Part shown: positions 12,384 to 25,853 of the stretch, piece after piece | Layout: the number at the start of each line of letters is the position of its first letter | Position numbering within the stretch: the first letter of the stretch is position 1 | From: Basidiobolus meristosporus CBS 931.73 | Lineage: Eukaryota; Fungi; Basidiobolomycota | Direction: 5' to 3' | DNA length: 64,000 nt | Assembly (NCBI GenBank): GCA_002104905.1 | Contig: MCFE01000139.1 | Location: 1 to 64,000 of the forward strand | Notes under the pieces: generated by a model | Told to the model about the DNA's origin: nothing | The model's database searches: none | What the model saw: the letters and a program-made list of their open reading frames with translations, nothing else | Position numbers and translations under genes: made by a program

Positions 12384-12974
12384 TCATAAATGTGTTTTAT
12401 AATGCCTTCTAAGATTAGAAAGAACAGAAAACCGGCGTTGGCAATTAGCAAATTCACAGATGTACGGCTTTTCACCGGTGTGTGTGTGAAGGTGGACCCG
12501 GAGAGAACTTGGGCGTGGGAATCGCTTGTGACAGAGATGGCAAACGTGCCGTTTAGCAATGTAGTTTGGCTGATTTTGTTGATACTCATCGGCGAGCTCG
12601 AAAGGCTCGCTGTGGGAGTAAACGCCAATCTCTTCGTCAGTATCCGGTGTGGCAGGAGGAGACGCGGAGCAGCTGTTTGTAGTTTGGCCATCGGAGCATA
12701 TACTCTCCCGGGATTTCGAGCGGTTAGGAACTAACTGCTGTAACGTGGACTCGCTGTGGGTTTGCTTGTGCTTGTCAAGCTTCGTTGCTTTGTAAGAGAA
12801 ATAATCCTGGTCCTTGACATCGATATGCGGCCTGAACCATGTCTCTTGCGAGAAGAGCTCAGTGATACCAGGGAGTTGATGGCCAGAAGCAATGGATTGA
12901 CTATGAGGGTTGCTTACAGAGGAATCGCAAAACGAAGCTGGTTGCGAGCCATAGCTGTGGCTGATATGGGACAT
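12384..12974 (-). CDS. C2H2 zinc-finger transcription factor, FlbC-like, paralogue 1 (196 aa)
   Basis: Two C-terminal fingers CHLCHKRFPRPSSLRVHLHTH-TGEKP-YICEFANCQRRFSVLSNLRRHYKTH. ATG 12974 was chosen because a TATA-like element lies at about 13100-13107 on the minus strand. Confidence 0.9.
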   Translation of the reverse strand: MSHISHSYGSQPASFCDSSVSNPHSQSIASGHQLPGITELFSQETWFRPHIDVKDQDYFSYKATKLDKHKQTHSESTLQQLVPNRSKSRESICSDGQTTNSCSASPPATPDTDEEIGVYSHSEPFELADEYQQNQPNYIAKRHVCHLCHKRFPRPSSLRVHLHTHTGEKPYICEFANCQRRFSVLSNLRRHYKTHL

Positions 12975-15900
12975 GGTTGAATATAGAACGGTCACAGAAA
13001 TGGCAGGAAGTTCAAATCTATAGGCACGCTGGGAATGGAGAACGGAATTTGGAAAAGTTAACCGTGATAGTCGAAACCATTGCATGGCAAGCGGCCGGTT
13101 TTTTATAGTCGGCAGGAGGCTGAAGTGAAACCCATGTGCTGACAAGCCGAATGGAAATAAATAGATTTGATTGAATTGTCCATGATCATCACCACGATAC
13201 AGCGGAATATTCTGATCTTGGCATGGAGGATTCTTGATATGAACCTTATTCAGCTAAGATCAGAGGGCATTCGTCTTCACCATGTGCCAAACCCAGTTGT
13301 TCCGTGTCGCGAGCACCGCCAAAAAAATCGAGAATACGGGAGATCCACGGAAGATCGGGATGATCAAATGTTTGCCTGATGGGTATGACGGATTAACCTC
13401 ATTTTGGCTGATGAGATCTTTCTGTCAATAATATGGACACAGTCTGAAGGCCAGCCTTGATCACCGATGCACAAGCCCACTCATATTGATCCCACTCAAA
13501 CGACTGCGTTCGTGCCCATCATTCCCCAGGCCCCCTCATTTCCTTCTTGGATCAGACGTTGAGCCACATTGGAAATAAGAATCGGCCATCCAATGGTCAC
13601 ACCCGACCCAATCATTAGGAAGTGCCTATCAAGATGCAAACCTGCGCCCCAGTTAATATTGGTCAGAGTAGTTCTGCAGATGATATGCACCAAGGCTGAT
13701 TCCATTGATGCCGGATTCCAGTTGGACGTAGATCCATTCTGTACAAGTATTATGCACAAATTGGTTCATTGTTATGAGCAGCGTATCGATAACATCAGGA
13801 TACCAGCTGTGGATTGATACTCTGGGCTGTGGGTGTTTTCGGTGTATCCTGCTCTGGCTGATCACTGGAGTCCGCCAGATTCTGAATGCTAAGACTCTTG
13901 TCTCTCCGGCGTTTTCTTTGGTATGGATCAACGGATCGCCTCGCTCAGACCCCATTGAGTTGAATGTGCCAACAAGGGCTGACTCCTCCAACGAACTCCG
14001 GCGGATCGGCCTCTGCCGCTTGGTCCGTATGACTGAGGAGCCTGATTATCACAAGCCTCATTGTCCATTCATCTGTGCCATTGTACTGAGTTCGGAAGTA
14101 TGCTGAGATTAAAGCAATTTCTACCACCATCTCTATGGAAGGTAGCGGTTTTACCTTAATGTTGCATGGGCTCAGCGTTGGATCAGCCTTCCGTGGGAAT
14201 CAGCAAATCCGTCGCTTGCCCGCTTCGATGCCCAAGAGTATCCAATCAAGATTGAAGTCCACCATCGCACCCATTGGCCATGAGTAAATTTGATTCCAAT
14301 CTATCTGGATAATCGTCAATAGAGCTCCTATCAGGTACGCCTCTCTTGGGACGTAATTGGTCATGATCCACAACAATGTTCTATCTAGAAACTGGCCTAC
14401 AGAGTGGCTTACATCGAAAATAGGCCTATGGCAGCGTATGATGCAGCTCGGTGAGGTTTGATCTTGCTGACTCCTCCAAGCTGTCACCATGGGCGAGGAA
14501 TGACATCTTGATTACCCAATCCTTTCCGGCCTCGGTTCTTTGGAGAGTGTCCCTGGGTTTGCGAATGCGGTAGACTCCACTGGCAGGCCTATAGGGGACA
14601 GAGGAGGCGGAATCGAAACTGGGGCTTTACGGTGCACCATGTGGAATCCAACACGCTTCCGATTGTGGTTGTATCTGCGTTCACAATAAACACACTGACA
14701 CTGACACTGCCTGCTTCGCTCATTCGGCCATATTTTTTCAGACTTGCCATGTAATTACATAAAGCCGAATTAACGCTAACTGGGGATATATCGAGATGGA
14801 ACGAGATTAGATCTATATACAATGGATCCTGCGCGATGAGGCTCAGATCAATGGCAAGGCTACGTGCTTTCTATCGCAAAACAATCAAGAGATGCTTCCA
14901 TTTTTACCCTGGAGATCATTGTAGAGATCCATCGTACAGTCATGGATGCAGTTGGTCCACGCTGGTTCCAAGTCTGGGCTAACGTGATGTTGATGATTCC
15001 CATGCCGTTTTATATCTATACCCGGTTTGGTTGAGCAAAACGATGTGCTCATCGCATGAAAGTTCGTGGCTTATCCGAGCCATCTATGAAATTATGCATC
15101 TCTATAGTTGCCCAACGTCATTTCACGATCAACCAAGGCCAGTTCAAGCATGAGGAGGGAATATTCAGCTCCCAGAGTTCTATGTTTGCCATCATGTTGG
15201 GTCATATGCAAACAGACTTACCCCAGGGCACGGATGATGACTTTGTGTGTTTGTTGTTTTCTCTGCTTGAATGATCCGCTCAACCGTAGAATAGCATTTG
15301 GCTGAAGTGGCACCTGCAACCCCACGGACTAGAGAAGGCGCTGAACCTTCACATACTCCACCAATTGTCTTTTGAATGAAGTCGATTGACATCAGCACAC
15401 CTCAAGATAGCCATACCACTTCAAGTATTTCGTCGCACCAATCTACTATCTACCAAGGTATCATGAAGTTTGCCACTCCAATCATTCATTATCTGAAGCG
15501 GTATAACTAATGTTTGGTTAGATCATTTAATACCATGAATGGGATGATTGGCTCAGTGCGAAATTCTTAGATAGAGCTTGACGAAACCTGGCGAATGCCC
15601 ACCATGCGAGTAGTTTCATGTCTCCTAGATATAGTAAAGCCAATGTAATGGGTAGTGGGGTGACCCTTTTCCTGCGAATAATGAACAAGGACGGTATTTC
15701 TGTGTTTAGACTGTACCCATTAAAGAATGATACGATGTGATGAAGCGCTGGCCGCTGATGAGCCTTTGGTACATGCAATCATTGCTGTCCCTATAAGTGC
15801 CCGTATGCCAAAGACTAGGTATGTGGAATATAGCAATGGCTCCGAGATGCAGGTGCAACAACTAATCACATCACAGTAATTTGTAGTCGTATCAATGATT

Positions 15901-18278
15901 GGTATTTGCTGTTCAGTCGTCGACGAAGCATCCAACGAAGCGTGAGAACTATCACAACCAGTAATGTTACCCTTCAGCATAGGTATTGATCAACCATTCA
16001 GAGGATATATTGGTGGCAATCAAGTCCCCAGTCGATGCCCATCAATTTACCAAATATTCTGTGCCAGAACGATCCCCTGATGGGCCTCGATTCCAGAAGG
16101 GCACCCAAACTACTCGGGCGCACAAACACCCTGATGAGTGGGCCAGAATACAATAGATGATACCCACAAATCGATAAACTGAGACAGGTGGAGAAACCAA
16201 CGATTCCACAAACGGAAATCTTGGTGCAAAAAAGTGATTTGGGATAACCTGACGGACTCTGTACACCGGAATATATACGTGATTATATAGAATGAACTCT
16301 AGCGTCACTTGCCCGAAACACCCTTGGCACTCAGAGGGATCCACGCATAAAGCCCTACCATTTCTATTAATGGGGAGACGCTGTCCATACATGGGAATTG
16401 TTCGGCTTCGTCGCATACCCAGGAGATCAATAGCTCCAATGCTACACAAGAGGTTTTCGCATAGAGGAGTTGGCAAAAGCTGGTTGGTAGAGGATGGTTT
16501 CCTAACGATAATCACACCACCATAGGCTGGAATCAGTTCAGTGAGCAGATATCGTGAAATAGAATGGATTCTAAAGATCTGGAGAAGCTCCAGTGTCTTC
16601 AAGGTAGATAGTCAATCGTCATGAATCAAGTGGATTCGTTAGATTATGCATTCCGGGTTCGAAGTGAATCAATGATGGACCGGCCAATGTCAGTGCGATA
16701 GGGGCTGGCAACGAAGGAGATTGAATATCTTCATATAGGCCCACAGGTGAAACATATTATGATCATGAATCTTAACCTTAATTCTCCACAATACTGACGA
16801 TGCCTGATACGAGAACACAAATCATGGATTATCTCCCCATAACTCACAGTTGTGCCCTCTGACTTTGATTGGACCACAGGGCTCAGTACGAGATGAGTAT
16901 TTACAATCAAAGCGCTAACCAGACATCTTTCTAGGTAAGTATGAGCGTGAGGTTACTCCTAATATATTCCTATAAAAGGCTAGCAATTAGATATCTCCAT
17001 ATTGACCGAAGATCAAGGGAAGTTCTGTAGAGGGTAGATACCTGACACAAGGGCTGATCACGCTTTCCAGAGTCTGATTCGATGCCAATACTCTCCTCAT
17101 ACCTCAAGCCTGGATATTAAGGCCGCTCTATTAGTAGGCTCCAAAGATGGATTAGCAAAGTTGAGGATCGGTGATTCATATGTCAATGGTTGATCTGAGT
17201 GCATACTTCAGATATCAACGTTTCTCATCAGGAACTCAATATGCCTTTTAGCCGTAATATGGTGATAGTTGTTGGGATTCACTAAATTCGTCCTAAGATC
17301 TGAGATAACTTGTTTATGCATCGGCTGTAATTGGTTTGGTTCATGAAACAAGGTCGGCTTGATTGGAAGGAGTGATGCTACATCCAATGCTCATTTGATA
17401 AGCAAATCAAACATATGATTTGGCTTGGGCGAAATATTCCACCTAGCAGATGCTTTCTAAATATACCCAAGAGATCTTGTCTATTCCAAGCGACATGTGT
17501 TATAAAATATAGATATGTGCCAAATAGATTGTATTTGCTACTTTCGGGACCCACTCGGAGATTCGATGCTTGAACCTATTCTTCGGGTAAGGAAATACCT
17601 GATGCCTAAACATGTTTAACAGCACCGGATCTTGCTTGAATTCTTGGCGTGGATGATCCCAACATATGCGCAAACTGTAACCAGGAGTTGAGCTCTTGGG
17701 GGGGCTTGGATGTGGCTCATATCGATCGGGAACTTCTTCCGATATTCCTGCGTCTCATGCGTTTTGCAGATCTCTACCAAAAGCCAATCAATGTACTGTA
17801 TCCAAGGGATTACGCTCATAGAATTCGAATGGGCTTCGGATCTTCGTATGCGAAGGTTTTGACATGTAAACCAAGTGGGTTTGTACTACTGACTATCTAT
17901 AGATACAGTATACTCGATATATGTATTGCCATTTGTTGCTTTGCCGTGGTATAACCAGTTCTATAAAGATCACTCATAGTTCATGCGATGGGGACAAACA
18001 ATCAAGGCTGCCGTATCAGTATACACGCAAGGTGCATAGTAACTGATTCGTTGCTACCTCTATCATGCTAGAGTGGACTGGATTGAACATGTCGATTGCT
18101 AGATGAAAATACATAGTAGCCAAGGCCTGTTACATGAACAATTCTCCTGGGTGCTCATAATTCGCGGGCTTTATTCATCCATGGTGGCTATAAGTTTCAT
18201 TTCAAGGTACAAGGGGTTTTGGTCTTTCAGGAAAGCGAAGACTTCTTGAACAAGACGCTATGCTACAATTAGGTAGGC

Positions 18279-19596
18279 TCATAATTTTAGTAGGCATCTG
18301 AATGCTGATACGGTGCCCATGGCAAAGATGATTCGAAGGACAAGCCCGGTATATATGGTCCATTTAAGCGCCATTTTGTATTTATCATCCAGCTCCGAAG
18401 GTTTATTCACCCAGGGCTTTCGCACGCGTTGGAACTTGGCCGACATGAGAAGCTGGAATACCCAGTTCATATCAAAATGATTGAATGTGACTGGGGTCTC
18501 GTTCAGAGATGGCATGACATTCCCTTTGGAATCCCAAATCATATCGAGCAACTCGGAGGTGGTGCGGAAAGTAATCCCCCAGAGTGTTGCTTTGCTCGGG
18601 AACTGTGGAAGCCGGATTCCTGGAAACTGGAAGTTGCCAAACAGGAAGCGCACTCTATCCTGAATCCATTTGGGCGCGCCCCGCGATAGCCCAGTCGCCA
18701 CATTAATATGGATCAATTCTCGTTTCCGCGTGGTAAGATGCTCCAAAAGGTATGGAACGGGTATCCAGCGTACTTCTGCCACTTCCGATTCTTGTAGCTT
18801 GACCTCTGGGGTGACCTTAGACAACTGGAGATATACTAATTGCCAGATAACAAGATGAATGGTTACCCAGCTATGAAGATTAAAATATCTGGGATATTTT
18901 ACCTTGTGCAGAGAGAATCATCAATAGCTCATGCCCTCCACGTCCGGTGATCTTTTGGTCATCTAGAGATCCCAAGTGAGTGAACCTAATGGAAACGGTT
19001 GTCGGAATTATAAAGCCATCTCTGCGAAGAGAAACGCAGCAAATTCTTACGCTGGTGAGCTCAGGTCCAAGTCGATCTCTTCCAAGGTTTCTCTCACTGC
19101 GGTTTCGGTATCCTCTTCGTTCTTTTCGTTCTTACCTCCAGGAAACGCAATCTGAAGCACGGTCGGTATGTTATGAGAGGGTTGGTGAAACAAGGTGCCC
19201 ATAGTTCCGACTAACCTGTCCGGACCAACGGTCTCCCGATCTACTGGCTCTCTGTATGTAAAGTATTTCTAATGTCCCTCTCCTGACCCAATCGGCTGGA
19301 AAGTACAAGTTAATAACAGAAACCAAAACCTTCGCTTGCTCTAATTAACCAACTTTTTAGGAAGCTTTCCAAATCATTCTCTATAAAGTTCACAGACCGT
19401 TAGAAGGGATTCGAAAGAGGGAGACGGCTTAGGATTTACCTAAACCAATGCCAGTTGTTTGATAAGGCTCCTCTTCACTTGGCTTAACCCTTAGGATTAT
19501 CGCCACCGCTGCTCTTCTGATATGAGGCTTTGAGGAGATTTTGAAACCAGGTAAATTTTTGAGGTTTTCTACAAGATTCAGTAATCTGTCTGACAT
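18279..19596 (-). CDS. Nudix hydrolase (CoA-pyrophosphatase NUDT7/8/Pcd1-like subfamily) with C-terminal hydrophobic helix, 6 exons, 334 aa
   Basis: Exons 19596-19440, 19380-19354, 19295-19216, 19151-19051, 18985-18903, 18835-18279 (1005 nt, in frame). Introns 59, 58, 64, 65 and 67 nt. Motifs RRAAVAIIL, GDRWSGQIAFPGG, Nudix box GKNEKNEEDTETAVRETLEEIDL, and LGSLDD. Confidence 0.85.
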
Positions 19597-21425
19597 ATCT
19601 TCTAATGTGAGGGGAGGGGGGGACTTCTGTTAAGGAACCCTAGTGAGCTATCCATTTATCTGCGTGGTGGAGTACATACGGAATGACTAATAAGATATCC
19701 ATCTCCGACTATTCAAATTGTGACCCACACCCTCGTGCATCCCGGTTTCTTAAAAAGTCAATTCTCGTTAATTGGATTATCGTCAACTGATTACTTCATC
19801 TTAATCCGGTTTTGTTGGTTCATCCCTCGTCATCAAATTTAATACTGGTTAAACCCACCGGCCTCAGTCGCCAAGTTGACCATAGTGACTACGAGATGTT
19901 TGATGAAGATTGGCTTGGATTGCCGCTTGAGGCTCCAAATAAAAAATCCACTAAATAACCAGTAGCCCAGGAACAGAGATCAGCGAGGATTCACTTGACA
20001 GCACCGGATATTGTCCCGTTTCCTGAATGCGTTTCGTGAGGTTGAATGGATGGTTCGTATGGATAGCCGGTCTTTTCTTGTTGTGGATGAGGTCAGTGAC
20101 CATTTTCAATCACGGTGTATGTAGTTTCCATACTAGTGGACAACCAGAACTGAATGAATAAGCTCAAATGTGCAATTGCTTTGAGAAACCAATTTTCAGT
20201 GTGCATGGCTGAGTATGGGCTTGTTTGAAGATGCAGCAAACACTCGGCCAGGAATTGTGAATCATACGTGTCCACCCAGAAATTGCTCTTACAAACAAGC
20301 TTCTAAGTATTTACTTGGTTCCTAACGAGGCCGTCCTCCCTGATAAAACGAAATCATGGCAATGTTGGATCCCAATGCCTCTTTCCTGGGACTTGAGTCT
20401 AACCTGTTGTTGTTGTTGACAATATGGCAGGGCCCAGCATGCAGCCCTCGGACTTTGAAGACGTGTTATATGAATTGAGTTGAATAAGCGGCTTCGTGTA
20501 AACACCGATTGGAGTTGTCTTGGAGAAGATCTCATGATCAACAGTTGATAAATCAGTGTGCCTGATGCTCAATAAGCCTACATTGACAGACAATACATAT
20601 CACAGCATAGCGAGGACAATCCAAGGAATCCGTAGAATTATGGAGCGTTATTGCAGGTCGATGATTCATTTCCAAGTGGCCATGGTGTAAAAAGTAACCC
20701 CCAACCCTAACAACAAGCCAGCCAACCTGTATGTCTATACGATTGAAGCTTGAGCTATCTCCAAGATGGGTGCTATGAAAGTCTTGGTTTATGATTGAAA
20801 CATCTACAAGATACCGTGAAATATACATTAGGGTTTGTTTGGGCAACCATCGCCAAGCGACAACAGTTGGGGGTGTTTAGGTGTCCGTGAGCTGAGAAGT
20901 GTGATCTAGGTCGCTTGATGAGTAACAACTTCGGCTATTCTGATCAGGGGCTCGTGGTCATATCGCTTAGTATATGGCGGCCCGTTGACAGTAGGAAGAT
21001 TGAACACAATTGTAAATGGGAGGTGTGCAATGAACCCTAATAGGGTTTCCGTACGAAAAGAACCCAACTTAACGTATGCAGGCAGGGTGGCTCATGAGCA
21101 TCAAGATGGTTGTTGATCCAATCAGCAATGTGCTGGGAAATTCAGAAATCTAGGGTCTAGAATTGGGGTTTTAGTAATATATACACTGTATAGATTGAGC
21201 ATGAATATCGCAATGCTGGAATAATAATTGAAAAGGTGGGTGGGTAGACCATTGAGGCGTGTATTCGTTAGGCGAAATATCAGAGAAATGAATGTTGGAA
21301 AATGGTGAGGCCGACCATATGGGATATCAATAATGGATTTCCAAAGATATCGACGGATCTATGTGTGCTGATACGAATTACAGGAGGCTCATGGATTTGA
21401 CCACTGCACTATCTTTACAATAGAG

Positions 21426-22001
21426 TCATGTTGTGTGAGTCTTGGTGTGTCTCCGAAGATTGGAGAGTACCGAGAACCGGCGTAGACATCCTGGGTATGA
21501 GCACTGGTATGGTTTCTCGCCGGTGTGAGTGTGTATATGTATGCGAAGGGAGCTAGGCCGAGGAAATCTCTTGAAACAGATATGGCACGTATGGCGTTTG
21601 GCTACATAGTTACGTTGACCAGGAGGAGTTAAATACTCCGGTATAGAAGCCTCGCTTTGGCTATTGGAAGAAACAGACGAGCTTCGTTCCCCAACAGTAA
21701 AGGTCGAGTTTTCCGGTGGATCGTATGTCGGTAGCTCAGAATTGAGAGGAATGGTGGTGGAAATGCTTTGAATATTGTAGCTTTGATGTTGGCTAGGGCT
21801 TATGGAGATATCCTGCCGCATTGTATAGTTCAGGATTTGATCTATTTTACACGGTCGGGGCGCTACATCTCCCTGGGAAGAAATGTCTCGAGCATAAGAC
21901 TCAGAGGGCTTTGAATACCATGTTTCTCCGGAGAAAAGTTCATGTAAGCCAGGGAGATATTGATTGGGTGACGAACGTGGTAAGGATGTGAATGTTGACA
22001 T
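21426..22001 (-). CDS. C2H2 zinc-finger transcription factor, FlbC-like, paralogue 2 (191 aa)
   Basis: CHICFKRFPRPSSLRIHIHTH-TGEKP-YQCSYPGCLRRFSVLSNLRRHTKTH. ATG at 22001; TATATAA on the minus strand at about 22125-22131. Confidence 0.9.
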   Translation of the reverse strand: MSTFTSLPRSSPNQYLPGLHELFSGETWYSKPSESYARDISSQGDVAPRPCKIDQILNYTMRQDISISPSQHQSYNIQSISTTIPLNSELPTYDPPENSTFTVGERSSSVSSNSQSEASIPEYLTPPGQRNYVAKRHTCHICFKRFPRPSSLRIHIHTHTGEKPYQCSYPGCLRRFSVLSNLRRHTKTHTT

Positions 22002-25000
22002 CAAGGAGCAGTAGCGGCGAATCTAAGCTTGGTAAGGTATAGCTATTTCACTAGATAACTGAAGTGGCCATAGGCAGGAAGTAAGTCGGATAATGTGAGA
22101 TAACTCTAAGCATTCGTCAGAGCCTTATATAAGCAAACCTATGGCCAATCAACTCGCTTCAACCACTTCCTAGCCGATTTGTCAATGAAGCCTCAGTGTA
22201 ACCGCTCATTTCGCTTGGCCTGCATCTGGTGGCCAGCAGGTTGCCGAGCCTGCGTCAGATGAACAAATAACCAAATGTTCAAGACTTAACCTTATAAGTA
22301 TAGCTCATGAACCCCAACTTAGATGCAGTGAGGAACTTCTTCTAATATCTGTGGTGCAACTAAGCCAAGGAATAGATCGAAGCCGATCAAGCACCAAGAC
22401 TTACTCTAGACCGGTAGAAGCAGGAAAGCTTATAAGCACCTGGGCCGATGAGAAATAGCTGATGGTGCGGACACAAGTCATCATCTCGAATGAGATGGAT
22501 CAGAAATACACGGGCTGACAAAGGGCCGAATATTCGCTTGAAATTTCTCAAAGGGCTCCTTCCGCTTTGCCCGCGATGGGGGTTCCTTACGCCCATGTCG
22601 CTTTGACACTGCAGCAGCCTGAGGTTACTCTACGCTCTGGCATACATTTATCTCTACTTGGTTAGCATGCTTACTACACGAGATCTTCCAAATCGAGAAA
22701 TGCAACAATGCGGTGTGCATAAAATCGAATGAAGTTAACCTCGAAACTACTATATTCGTCTGGTGGCTTCTCTGTGTAGCTATAGCTCAGTTATTTTTGA
22801 CCACTCCCGATGGGATTCCTCGCTACCTACCAGTATGGGCTTTGGGGGTTACAACGGTGCTTGAATATTTCAGGCTTCAATGAATCTATTGTATGGGCTT
22901 CCTGACGGATCACCTGAATGCAGTTTGGTGTTCGATTGGGGCCTTGGCTATTTTGAGAAGAGGTCGTGCATATTATCTTATCCTGTCCCATCTAGACCTT
23001 TCTAGGGAATCTGGTGAGGGTGAAATCGGGTGGTTAGAGCGGGGTTGCGATCCTGATTTGATGGGCTATCCTGGGCAAAGCTATTGGCTAGCTAATTTGC
23101 ATTATAGCACGATAAGCTCATCTTGTGTAATTGTGAAAAGATCACATACATGAGCAATACACTACTCTCACGTATTTGCGACGCAGAAGTTCGGATATTT
23201 CATCGATTTGGATTATTCTCCCGCCCAGAGTTCGAATCCCCAGTTGATCAGAATGTGTATCAAAAACCCATTGCTTCATTAAGAATCGACTCAACCCAGG
23301 CAATGCCTCTCTCCAGGGTGGTGAGAAAAGGGGCTTGACTATTTACTGTGTCGCACCTTCCCTCGCCTATCCTAACCACTCCACATCTTCCAGATCCGGA
23401 AACAATAGAGTCGGAAATTTTCGCTGTATTGAGATGGCCTCATATCGAATAGGAGATAGACGTAATCGGTTTCAGATACGCCATGTATGATGATCTGGAT
23501 ATCTGTGCCATACACCAAGGGCGCTATATTGTCAAAATACCCATTCCAGAATAGTATGAAGTCAAGGACAAGGCTCTGGCACATATGTTGCTAAGAAGCA
23601 TCGAGTTGATGGCCTCCTGCTACTTCTATGTTACCCAATCGATAGTTTACGGTTACTCAACGCAAACGTCCCAATTCCTTGCTCGAACGTGTCTCACTCC
23701 TAGTATTGGCACAGCAGTCAAGCGTATCCTCATCCCATCGTGTTTTGCAGCTTGAGTGGGCCTAGATTACCATACAATCCCGTAGATGGCACATGGTCAG
23801 GTGATGCAATATTCGGATGCCAGTCTTATAGCGACGCTTCGATCTTGTAGACACTGGTAGATCGGGGGATCGTAATTCTTCATTCTAGAGGCATCTATGC
23901 AACAGTCATACCAAAGTCGAAACTTGCGTATGATCGTCAGACACTTGAGCTTTGGTGGTATCCGATCAAGTTCCATTTTGGCATTAGCTGGTGGCATCCC
24001 GGTCGCTTTGCTTGCAGTAACAATTTACTGACTAGCTTATGGACTGACTACACTACCTATCCCTGTAATGTGCTGGGATATACTATATCGCTTCTGCCTG
24101 GCCTACAATGTCAATGCATATACAGATTACTACCCATGATAACTGGCTGCTCAATAAAAAGGTCAGTGGATGGCGGCCACAGAGTGAGTGCCATAGAACC
24201 ACACCTGATGAAGGATTTCAGCAAGGCAGTAGCAGTAGTACCCAATTCAAAATAACTATTACATTAATAATGGTTCGCTGGCAAAATGGTCAAAGGAAAA
24301 TTACTATTTATGTGACTTTGTGCCCCCGAAATGATCAGATAACTGGAATACAAAGAGTAAGGAGATGATGGGCCCGAAATTCCACTAGGTGTCATCCTCA
24401 TATTAGCAAGCGTTACCAATGGCATTTCCCTCCTATGATTGGATGGCACTGGGGTGACTCCTCACGTACCTCCAACACGCACCAGAACCTCCATAGAGCA
24501 CTCGTCTAGATATCTGCATGAATTTGGGGTATGTGGGTGTTGCCAAGAGGAAGCGTTATCTGTAACGCAGTCGGCCAAGGAGACCAATGGCACGCATTGA
24601 TATCAGTTTGTATCGTAGCAGCGCTGGTTAATCTCAACAACCACATCCAATATACAGATACTGGCTATTTCTCTCTGATGCGGATTCATATGGTTAGATC
24701 AACCAAGTACACGCTGATTAGTTACATTGCTCCATGATGACCTGTATTGCGAGTAGGACAGACCTGGGTCCTTTTTTTTGACCGTCTACTGCCCAATCAT
24801 CGATCACACCATTCACTAATGGCCTTTCGTCTATATAATGCACCAAAAAGTAAGCAATGAGGAGGAGACTGCAGTTCTCGGCCATGAATTCCCAGTCTTG
24901 GGTTAATCTTAGATTTCATGCATATTTTGGCTAAAATATGGAGATCGAGTCGACTGAAGTGTCAGTACTCCCATTCGGGTATTGTAAGCCCATAAACAGA

Positions 25001-25190
25001 CAATATTCAACTCGATCGAAGATGGAAAAAGTGCGTTTTTGAACACATCACTTCAGCTGCAGGCGCACTCTTGGCTTCGTACCACTGATCGAAAAATTTC
25101 ACCAACAACTCTGGATATAAGAGGGGCGTTGTGGGTCGGAGGGATCGGTTTTTACTATTCGCAAACTGCTCTTGGTCAGGCTTCTATGGT

Positions 25191-25853
25191 ATGACTAGCT
25201 CTAGCGAGACTAGACAGACAAAGGAGCCGGAGAACCAAGCAAGCCCCTACGATCCCCTTCCTTCTCATTCCCAAGGGAGGATATTAACTGCCACGCTAAA
25301 CAACCTCCCGAGCGTAAGCGAACTGTTTTCTGGAGAGAATTGGTTCAAAGCATCATCTCCCTCCATGTCCTTCGCCTCTGAAGATAGACCAACCTCTTTT
25401 CAAACCGCCCCAGCCAATGTGATAGACCATGAGAATCTTCCCTACCTCTCCCCATTAAAAAAACCAAGCTTTGCCAATGAAGAAAGCCCTTCGAATTCTA
25501 TCGACGGCCAAACATTAAACTATCTATCTGGTGACATGCAAAGCGATGACACAGATCAGATATACGCCAACTACAGCTCGCCCGAGGGATCCCAAGAGTC
25601 AGCCACCTATTACGGCAACTTCGACCACACAGGCGCTTTGCGCGATGCCTCCACATTTATAGGACAGCCCAACTATGTAGCAAAGCGGCATATTTGCCAC
25701 ATCTGTCACAAACGATTCCCTCGACCAAGCTCACTGAGAGTGCATTTACACACACACACTGGGGAAAAGCCTTACGTCTGCGGCTATCCCAATTGCAATC
25801 GCAGCTTTTCGGTCCTTTCCAATTTACGAAGGCATTCAAAAACACATAGTTGA
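25191..25853 (+). CDS. C2H2 zinc-finger transcription factor, FlbC-like, paralogue 3 (220 aa)
   Basis: CHICHKRFPRPSSLRVHLHTH-TGEKP-YVCGYPNCNRSFSVLSNLRRHSKTH. First ATG at 25191; TATAA at about 25116. Confidence 0.9.
   Translation: MTSSSETRQTKEPENQASPYDPLPSHSQGRILTATLNNLPSVSELFSGENWFKASSPSMSFASEDRPTSFQTAPANVIDHENLPYLSPLKKPSFANEESPSNSIDGQTLNYLSGDMQSDDTDQIYANYSSPEGSQESATYYGNFDHTGALRDASTFIGQPNYVAKRHICHICHKRFPRPSSLRVHLHTHTGEKPYVCGYPNCNRSFSVLSNLRRHSKTHS

Noticed and set aside
16042-16602. 186-aa minus-strand ORF
   Set aside because: Non-ATG start, no domain and atypical composition.
23235-23255. GAGTTCGAATCCCC, resembling a tRNA T-loop
   Set aside because: No complementary T-stem, acceptor stem or D-arm.
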